Below, one piece after another: positions 27,101-35,925 of a DNA stretch of 64,000 bases. This DNA is from Tubiluchus corallicola (taxonomy: Eukaryota; Animalia; Priapulida), in NCBI GenBank assembly GCA_030141605.1, contig JAQGDQ010000030.1:417171-481170 (forward strand), given 5' to 3'. The notes below the pieces were generated by a model. It was not told the DNA's origin, did not search any database, and saw only the letters and a list, made by a program, of their open reading frames with translations. The number at the start of each line of letters is the position of its first letter. The first letter of the stretch is position 1. The position numbers and the translations under genes were made by a program.

Positions 27101-30100
27101 TACTTTGTCAGTAAAACATTTATAATGCTGCAAAGAAAAAGTAGTGCGTTACATAAAAGTGTAGTGAAACTACTGATTGTACAGTCAAACCTTGTTATAA
27201 CGTCAGATCTGGGAGACCACTAAATATGGTGCTGTAGCGGGGTTGATTAAATATTAAAGCCATTCTGTTGTGTAGCCTCTATTTTGTTTCCTAGTTAATT
27301 TTAATATGTGATAAATAATATAATGTTATTATACCTACAATAATACATGTGTTATATACTGTATACTTTTGCTGTGTTAGCAATGTAGGTGTAGTTCTAC
27401 ATCTACAGTTTTATCTTGTAAAACTTTTACCTAACACAACGTGGAGAAGCAATCTTGTGAAATGCTGGTTAATTAGCCTACTGCTAATAAGAAGAATATG
27501 CAGCCGCGCAACCCACCGATGCTGCCAACGTAACTTTACTGGACAATTAAGATTGTAAATAGCTGTTGTTTATAACTTGACCTTGAACTTTTGCAACCGT
27601 TAAATTCACATCAGTTCAGTACTGAAGCTTAGCTACGCAACTCTTGTACTCTTCAAATGCATTATTCCTTATTCAAAACTTCAGCATTCACTTTCGTACG
27701 GTCATCTGCAACAAGACCTAGACTTTAATTTAAACATCATAATTGTTTTTCTGCTCAGAGGTCATTATTTTTATAATACAATGCTGTTTTTCAGCTACAA
27801 TTCATTGTACTTTGTCTTGACTGGCATTATAATAGGGTAAATTATTATGTAAAACAGACATTTGGCATAGCAGATACGTTGGCAGTAGGAGAGGTTGGTG
27901 GTATTTCCTATAGTTAATATATTATGGAAATCGGGACAGGGCAATAGTTGGCGTTATGGCGAGGCTGGCATCATAACGGGAGACGGTATAACGAGGTTCG
28001 ACTAAAATAGTTCTGTCACCTAAGCCCTACTCATAATTGTAATGCCGCTATGTAAGGTTGTTAGTTGTAGTGCCGCTACTACTCAACACTGAAAGGTATT
28101 AACATGTATATATTGATGTATACTCCTTTGTAGTTATTCAAAAATATTTGAATTTATTGGTGCTAAGATTTTCTAACAAACAGAGATTTTCTGTAGTGAA
28201 GGTGCTGATTGTAGTAGTTTACCTAAGCACTACTCATAATTGTAGTGCCGCTATGTAGGGGTGCTACTGTAGTGTCACTGCTACCAAACATAAAAGGTTT
28301 TGACATACACTCCTTTGTAGTTATTCAAAAATACACTAAATCAAATATTCGAATTTATTGGTGTGAAGTGTGTAATAGATGATCACAGATTTCCTGCCGT
28401 TTTGCATTGTCATTAAAAATGTTGGAATTTTTTTGTTCCTTACCAAATGTAATGGTTGTGAGTTAGTTGACTGCCATTGAAAATGTGTCATTTTTCTGGG
28501 ACGTGGGTTGTAGCAGAAGCAATACAGAATGGCAGTAAAGTTGTTCGACAATGTCACATTTAAAACCCACTTTTTTAATATAATATCTAATTGTGTTGGC
28601 AAAGTTCCCTTGTAGGGTTAGATAATTATTATGAAATTTTGTTGATCTAAAAGTAATCATTTTTTGATTTAATATTGCATGTTAAAAAAGCATTGTTGGC
28701 TTTTCAGTTTTTATGCAAGTGTTATATATATATATATATATAATCCTATTTGTGTCAAGTCCGTATTTGTGACACAGTCAGTAAAAGAACACATGTATTC
28801 ATGTATTAATTAAATATTTGTTCAAGTTAACAAGATCTCCAAAAAACTTTCTAGAACCACTTAACACTAACTGCTGCATTTTAAGTTTAAAATGGCAATC
28901 AGTGTACTGTGTGAAAAACAGATTTCATCAGTGTGATGAAGCTGTCAGATTTTTTTGTTCCCAGCAAAGTAAAAATGTCAGGTAAGGTCTATAAGGTACT
29001 TATTTTTTGCAACAGATTTTAAAACTTAGGGGGACTTAAATCTAGAGTCTCAGATTTTGTAACATGTTAGCTTGGTCCTAATACGCTGTTAGCATTTTTT
29101 TTCAATATTAACCAGGTAGAACCGTTCTTAAGTTTTCCTTAACAAAATTGATGTATAGATGTGCCAAGGAGGAGACTTTACTAATCACAATGGAACGGGT
29201 GGAAAGTCTATTTATGGAAAGAAATTTCAGGATGAAAATTTTGTTTTGAAGCACACTGGACCAGGTACATTGTGGGCCTTGCTTTATAACTATTTGTTGA
29301 ATTGAATAAACTAAGTATGCACTGTGTAGTATTAATATTATGTGTAAGTCTTGATCTTAGAGACTCGGTTTGTAACTTAGTATGTGACTGACTCTTTCCA
29401 ATCGAAACAGGTAGGTAGCTGTTTGCATTCACCTGTAAGTAATGTCAGTAAGTTTGTATACTGTTATTACTGGTATAGTTATACAGTTTAACATATTACA
29501 AGTCAGTATCCAACGCTCAGTGGCAGAGCCTACTTGTCTTACTGATTGTCGTGGCAAGACAGGAATCTTGCTCGTTATTTGGGTTAATCTTCTAACATGA
29601 TAATGAAGGCTGAGGTGTCTTAGCTACATTCAATTATGTACGTGTGTTCCCTCAACAAGTCAAATCACCCAGAAGTGATTTTTCAGGTAATTACATACTC
29701 ATTTACTAATTAGGTTCAGCATTGCTTAGTTCTGGTCACCGACCACACATTGAGACATTCAGCTTACATTAAGGATTTTTTTTGCTATTCTGAACTCCAT
29801 TACGTCAACATCAGTTAGGGTTTGAGTTGTATTATTTGTTTACTGACAGTGATGGTTTTTCTAGGAATCTTGTCAATGGCAAATTCTGGTCCAGACACAA
29901 ATGGCTCTCAGTTCTTCATATGCACGGAGAAGACAGACTGGCTAGATGGGAAGCATGTAGTATTTGGAGCAGTTAAAGAGGGAATTGATCTTGTTAGAAA
30001 GATGGAGGTGGGTGTGACTTTTTTCGTTTTGTAAATTTGTTTATGTGAATACATTTAGTTTGCCTGGCTACCTTTTATTGACTCAATATGTTTGAGTTCT

Positions 30101-30439
30101 CCAGTAGATGGCGTCACATGCATTTCAACTTGATTTAGTTTTAGTCTAAAGTTCATTTCTAAATGTCATACTAAATGACACACAAATGTTAATGTCACCA
30201 TTTGATATTGAGTCGAGTTTGATGTAAGGCTGTTCTGCACTGTAACAAACGGCTGTTGTGTTTTCTTTATTGTACTGCTTTCAGGTTAAGTGCAAAAAAC
30301 CGACGAATGTAGATGAGCAAAAGTAGTGATCCTTGAAATTTAGATACTTATAGTAGTTTTTTGTTTTTAGGCAACCGGTTCAAAATCGGGGAAACCGTCT
30401 CAGAAAGTGACAATAATTGACTGTGGTGAGCTAGTTTGA
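21182..30439 (+). CDS. PPIE: Peptidyl-prolyl cis-trans isomerase E (Cyp33; RRM + cyclophilin), 308 aa; exons 21182-21221, 23938-24107, 24980-25171, 25352-25478, 26609-26688, 29159-29264, 29865-30007, 30371-30439
   Basis: [35 protein letters not shown]...HRGFAFVEF (RRM), then [17 protein letters not shown], and cyclophilin motifs [59 protein letters not shown]. Phases are consistent (927 nt). Confidence 0.97.
21630..21960 (+). mobile_element. CR1-like LINE 3' remnant in PPIE intron 1
   Basis: Translates [32 protein letters not shown], a typical CR1 ORF2 terminus. Confidence 0.6.
24224..24690 (+). mobile_element. LINE 3'-end remnant, dispersed copy 2
   Basis: 24224-24340 matches 19741-19855 and is followed by a T-rich 3'UTR-like tail. 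Confidence 0.5.
27182..28004. mobile_element. Tigger/pogo-type MITE within the U12 intron
   Basis: TA|CAGTCAAACCTTGTTATAACG at left pairs with CGGTATAACGAGGTTCGACT at right (right terminus degenerate). Confidence 0.65.
28020..28365. repeat. Tandem duplication with ~200-bp period
   Basis: ctaagc.ctactcataattgta.tgccgctatgta...actcctttgtagttattcaaaaata...gaatttattggtg occurs twice. Confidence 0.8.
30101..30114 (+). promoter_or_regulatory. CTCF-like binding motif in PPIE last intron
   Basis: CCAGTAGATGGCGT fits the CCASYAGRKGGCR core; motif match only. Confidence 0.35.
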
Positions 30440-32240
30440 AGTAGCTACTACCAGTAAGTGCAGCTTTGACAATCAGGGAAAAATCCCATCTTTTCTCCCC
30501 TAGAATTGGGATTTCAATGCTATTCTCAGCCAAGATTGAGACGGTCCTCTGCACTAGGCACACACCAGGTCACAGGTGTGGTATCACAGACAAGGACACG
30601 ACACTAAATGAAGTGCCAATTCCATTTTGATGTTGATTTCATTCTAACTATTGTATTTTTTGTATGTACTGTAAATAGCAGTTATCTAAGCGCATCATAT
30701 CTCACACTCTGCTATTACCAGCATTCAGTGTTTCTGAAAGAGTGCTTTGCTGTGCAGTACACGTTTAGGAAAGCAATTTTTGTTATTCCTTATTCACCCG
30801 TGGATTTCCTACGGAATAAGAATGTTCAACAGATAAATCAAAAGAGATCATTAGGTTGATTAACTCTGCATTAAAATATTGGACACTTTAATGAGTATAA
30901 GTGCAACACTAGCCAAAAAGACAAAATAAGTGACAAATGCAAGTTTTTAATTGTTTATTATTGCTTGTGTTAGAGCTTTCTCGGTTGACATTGCTGTGTT
31001 AATGTGTTTACATGTCAGACATGTACACCCGGATTAGATAAGTTTTCATGGTCCAAAAATGTACAGTGCACATTTATAAATACAGATGATGAGCAATGTT
31101 TGCAATTAATAAAATAAATGACCATTTTTTAATTCGGAAGTGATTTGCAATTTGTTATGTGAGAAAATACACGAGTGATTTTTGTAACTCTACTGTTATT
31201 GCAGTGTTTTTCAAATTCAAAATTTTTCATGACCATTGAAATATTTCATTGGAACTTAAACTCTCGATCTAGACTGTCTGCACAGTGATGTTGAATATCT
31301 GCTATCCGAACTGTAGCCTTGTGTGCAACTGTCCTTAGTTATACTCCTTCTTTATAATGGGAAAGTTGTTGGCATGTTGCCAATATTGTAGGGCAACCTG
31401 AGATGAATTTATTCAAACCAACCGTCGACAGCTTCTTGCACTGTCCCGATTACAATAACATTCGGGAGCATACTCGCATTCAAATGGGTATGTAGGTCTA
31501 TGGGTTGGCCTCAGACAAATACTTCTGATCAATTTGCAGATATTCACAATCAGCTGACAAAGTTATCAGATACAAGAATGCAAAAACTCTAATTAGAGAA
31601 ATAACAATTTTCAAATATGTACTTTCAATACTTGTGTGTCAAGTTTAGCAGTAGTAGCATAGTATTTTAAAACTACATATAATAATAACTTTAAATAGAC
31701 TATACCTATCAAATTTTAACTGCAAAACCATAACACTCTATAAAATAATTCAATAAATTTAGCCAAGTACGCAAATTGGCTTTTTCCAGGTTTCTATCTC
31801 AATTTTTACAATTTTTTGGAATAATGACTGATTAACTGTTAAGGAATCTGGGAAAACAAGAAAGCAGGTGGTCGTATGAAATGTCAAATACTGGGATAAT
31901 TAAACACTTTCCTACGCCATTTGGAAAAAATGGGGCAATGTCAGACAATGTAGCAGGATAACGCCAGACATAATTAACGCAAACATTTTCTGAAATCATT
32001 GTTCCCTGTTTGAATATGGTTGCAAGGTCAACAAAATGTTGCCAATGCTGAACGCCTTAATTATATTGCACAAGCATTTTGTCTTGTGTTATAGACTTTG
32101 AGGTTATTATGTCTTTTAAAATTGATAATTTGTTATCTTAATTCTGCTTTAAGTTAGTAACATTTTCATTTGGCACCTAGACATAAAAGCTTGCATAATT
32201 TGTTTGAATTGAGTGCGCCGTGATAAAACTCTGCAAAGGC

Positions 32241-32322
32241 TGTGTGTATGTGTGTGTGTGTAGGCATGCGTGCATGAGGGTGTGTGTGTGTATAGGTGTG
32301 TGTGTGTGTGTACATGTGTGTG
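32241..32322. repeat. Imperfect (GT)n microsatellite
   Basis: Seen directly. Confidence 0.9.
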
Positions 32323-33196
32323 GATTAGATTAGATTTTATCGCAGACTACATTAAATAAGAGCTCCACTGCTGAAGTTTTCGTATTTCCTCTCTTATACT
32401 TTAAATTTTTTACATTTGCAGCATTTTTCTTTCCAGCCGTTTTGATTAACGGTTTCCTCTCCAAGTTCCTAAAACAATTAAGATCATGTTATTTTTACAT
32501 TTTGACTCACATGGCCAAAAATCTATGTTATTTACCTGCACAAACAATTAATTCAGGCTAAAGTCGGACACAAAAATTCAATTGTCCGACATTAGCCTAG
32601 GCCTTTGGGCAAAAACCGAACACTGCTTCAGTGATTTGTATAATAAACAAACAAATATGGCGTTTTACCAGGCATGGCATGAAAGCATCATGGAAGAAGT
32701 AACTTACAAAATAAACCATTTCTGAAGAGGATGCTGAAAATAATTATTGTGTTGGGTCTGTTTATCAGAAAATCAAAAAAGCTAACACGATTAATAAACG
32801 TACTCACTGAGCGAGCTTGTATGTTCACGACCATACGGCTGCCAGAAGACGAACTACTAGATAATGGTGAAGATGACAGTCTAAAGATGTGATGCGTCAG
32901 TATTAACAATAAAAGAAAAAACACTGTCCAGGTAATTTAATGGGTCTTAGGAAACCGTAAAACTTATTGTCTGACATTACCCCATTTTACCCTATTTATT
33001 CATCAGTTTTAAAGTGATTACTCAACAGATTTACCCAATTCCCTACCAACTCCCATTCATATCATGTGATATGCACCTCAGTTGTAGAATAACATATACA
33101 GAAGTTAAAAAGACTTTTTGATGATAGCAGCATTGTCTACAATAAGTTGGTATTGTCAAGCGGGAAATTTGCGACCACATGTGTCATTCTGAGTTG

Positions 33197-34468
33197 TTAA
33201 CCAAACCAATGTGCTCCCTGACATTCTCGGTTCCATTCTGTCTCACACACCCAACACCATTCAAATCTACACTGCGTGCATTCCATATGCATGCAGCCGC
33301 CAGCTTTTTCTATCCGAACCTTGCAGCGAGGACACTGTTTAGTTGTCGCCTGTATGACAATTGTGGATGCAGCCGATTCCTGCGCTGCAATCTCAGCACG
33401 AGTGAGACCGGCACAATCTTCGTTGTATAGTACTGAACACGTGCCAGTGTGAACGGCTTCTTTGCAAGTGGCACAGAATTGATATCCGCATGTCATGCAG
33501 GTGATTGATGAATTCTTCACGTCAGGTAAAAATCCTTCTCCGCAGTTCGGACGGGGACACATGATACCCCCACCAGCTAACAGAAGCCTTTCCGTGGCAA
33601 AACGCTGGTAACGTTCGTACTGTTCAGCACCCATTATGCGAAAGTGATGTGTTTCGGCAATGAAAGAATCGGAGCATCCATGCGGGCAATGCAGCGTATA
33701 ACCAAAATCAGGATGGTAGTCAAACTGTCGTTCATTTAACTTGGCAATACAGTAGTCCATAAAGCATTCCAAGCACAGGACATGATTTGTATTACACGGA
33801 AATACAAGTACGACATTTTTCGTGTCAGTACAAGCTGTACATGGCACATTCAATATGTTTGATCTGATCAGTGGCAAAACTACCACGGAGCCGTAGTTGG
33901 ATGCATCTGAATCATGGGGATACGTGCACTTGAAGTAAAATTCAGCATTCCTTTCATTGCATGTGATGTCATTGTAACAAATTCCAGTAAGGCGATTGGG
34001 AAATAGTACGTCATCCCAGCAGCTTGGTTCAGCATCAAGCTGAAAACCAGAATAGCTGCACAGCTTACATCGTACTCTAAGTTTTGCAGGTCTGACACAA
34101 CAGCAGGAAGCATGTTTACAATACACAAAAAATAGGTGTAACATGGGCCTCTCTTGTAACGAATTTCGCACATCCTGTTTATTAGTCGAAAGTACAGAGT
34201 CAGATTTTTGTGCATTTAGGAAGACAGCATGTAGTGTTGTATACTGTCCTATGTCACTATTGTGAAAACTGTAATCATCGGGAAGTTCTTTGCCAGCAAA
34301 GAGGATTTTAGCAACCCTTTTCTCGCCATTGCTGAGTTTGACTTCTCCAATCAAACGTTCTTTCAGCTGACCGATGGTCGAACTGCGATGAACAGCAACT
34401 GGTATCTGTTTGTTGTGTCCAACTTTTACAGATAAGTGAATCTCATTTAGTGGCTCTGTATCTGACAT
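33197..34468 (-). CDS. PRKN: E3 ubiquitin-protein ligase parkin (Ubl-RING0-RING1-IBR-RING2), 423 aa, single coding exon
   Basis: Ubl (ILFAGKEL...TLHAV), RING0 (FFVYCK, PAKLRVRC, PSCWDDVL, AEFYFKC), RING1 (CTAC..VLVFPC..HVLCLECF..YC), ETHHFRIMGAEQYERYQRFA, IBR (GGIMCPRPNCGEG), RING2 with catalytic GGCMHM and terminal HWFG. Confidence 0.97.
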   Translation of the reverse strand: MSDTEPLNEIHLSVKVGHNKQIPVAVHRSSTIGQLKERLIGEVKLSNGEKRVAKILFAGKELPDDYSFHNSDIGQYTTLHAVFLNAQKSDSVLSTNKQDVRNSLQERPMLHLFFVYCKHASCCCVRPAKLRVRCKLCSYSGFQLDAEPSCWDDVLFPNRLTGICYNDITCNERNAEFYFKCTYPHDSDASNYGSVVVLPLIRSNILNVPCTACTDTKNVVLVFPCNTNHVLCLECFMDYCIAKLNERQFDYHPDFGYTLHCPHGCSDSFIAETHHFRIMGAEQYERYQRFATERLLLAGGGIMCPRPNCGEGFLPDVKNSSITCMTCGYQFCATCKEAVHTGTCSVLYNEDCAGLTRAEIAAQESAASTIVIQATTKQCPRCKVRIEKAGGCMHMECTQCRFEWCWVCETEWNRECQGAHWFG

Positions 34469-34530
34469 ATTTAGGTATCACATAACATAACCACTCAAAC
34501 ACTGATAGGAAGGAATGATTGTACCGGTAC

Positions 34531-35660
34531 CTGTAAATAATGGAACAGTACTAGTAGAGCTTTATAACTACCAGTAGTAGAAATACTATAAGTCCCTTAT
34601 GTTGTTAGTTTTAGGTAAAACATTTAGATATTCTAGGTAAAAAAGATAATGATCTGTCCATTTATCACACTTGACAGTTTCAATTTATGAACTTCATGAA
34701 TTAAATTAAAATGAATAAATACAGATTGAGTCATGACTAGTATAGACAGCATGTGCTCTTTTACTTGGTTTTATTCACCCAGTTTGTTACAGCAGGTAGT
34801 CCTACTGTGAACATTACCATTTATAATTTCAATACAATACATTTCAATTCAACTGTTTTATAATACAACTACAGTTTTTTCAGCAGTTCAGCTCTATTTT
34901 AATAAAACTAGATGACATTAATGTATTGTTACGTGGTTTATATATACAAAAAGAGTAGCAAAGTACTCAAAATAAAATATCTGTAATACTAAAATGAAAA
35001 AAATAAACAACAAAATGAACAAATTTAAGCTATATAAATTGTAATACTCTACCAGCTGCATAACTGAGTTCATGCCATTGTACTTCCACAAGTTTTTTCT
35101 CAAAAACAAAATCTAAATAAGGCTCAGAATCAAAAATTCAGCGTTTTCATTCATATAAATGAAGAAAATAAATTGAATGCTTGTTCGCTTGTTAAGTGCT
35201 TTAAAAATGCCCCAGAACTTGTTCAAAATGCACACAAATATTATAAAATGCAACAATGGACAGGGACATACCCGGGACATGGATGAGGAACCTTATCACA
35301 GGAAAGTGTCTTATTGAAGCATGAGAAGCAAAAATATTGAGTCAATTATGCAGTTATTCGAGTCAGCTACCGACAGTTTTTATGTACATTTGAATAGAAG
35401 CGGCCCGTACCAGGCGTTTTTGAGTCAATTAAGCGATTGAGTCTATTAACTGTGAGTGCATTAAGCGGCGCCTACTGTATTACAAAATAAATAAAAGGGG
35501 AAATCAAAATTAAATTGATGGCAAACAATTATGGGAAACATAGTTTTAGCACATTTACGCAAAATAAAGTGAAAATAAAACTAGTAAAGCAGAATTCTAC
35601 AGGTAAAAGGCTAATTATAAAGAAAATAGCTAATAAATTAATCTAAATACTACAACTGAC
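34531..35660 (-). other. Probable 5'-UTR intron of parkin
   Basis: Minus-strand donor GCAG|GTCAGT at 35660 and acceptor ctgttccattatttacAG at 34531, 62 nt upstream of the ATG. Inferred from splice motifs only. Confidence 0.55.
35300..35477 (-). mobile_element. Partial copy of the Tigger-like MITE at 58492-59369
   Basis: Reverse complement of ~58492-58650; ends ttaagcggcgcctactg|ta. Confidence 0.7.
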
Positions 35661-35925
35661 CTGCAAACTGATGATGACGCACATGTGGTAATAACGCGCG
35701 AAGTTTACCAGGCGTAAGCAATAATTACGGACGCTATTGTAGCAAACAGATCGGATTAACAATATTTCTTGACTTATAAATTAATTAAATTGATATTGCT
35801 TTCTATTTCATAATATGATACCCTACTGCAGTTTTTTGCTTTAAAGTTCAATTCTCATTTTCATAGTTTTTTGTTTTGACAAACTTCTTCGAATCGAGAG
35901 CTAACTCAGCAGTACTTAAGTGACC
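35661..35925. promoter_or_regulatory. Putative bidirectional promoter / 5'UTR region shared by parkin (-) and TIM17 (+)
   Basis: Only ~265 bp separate the inferred parkin first-exon donor and the TIM17 ATG; locally CpG-containing (tgacgcacatgtg, cgcgcgaa). Confidence 0.55.

Larger units (their letters stand above)
26689..29158 (+). other. U12-type (minor spliceosome) GT-AG intron, PPIE intron 5
   Basis: 5' splice site GTATCCTTT at 26689; branch sequence TTTTCCTTAAC at 29133-29143, about 15 nt upstream of the AG at 29157-29158; no polypyrimidine tract. Confidence 0.92.

Noticed and set aside
30437-30460. Stop-codon readthrough or selenocysteine at the PPIE TGA
   Set aside because: The stop coincides with the normal family C-terminus, lacks the TGA-CTAG context, and no SECIS was recognised.
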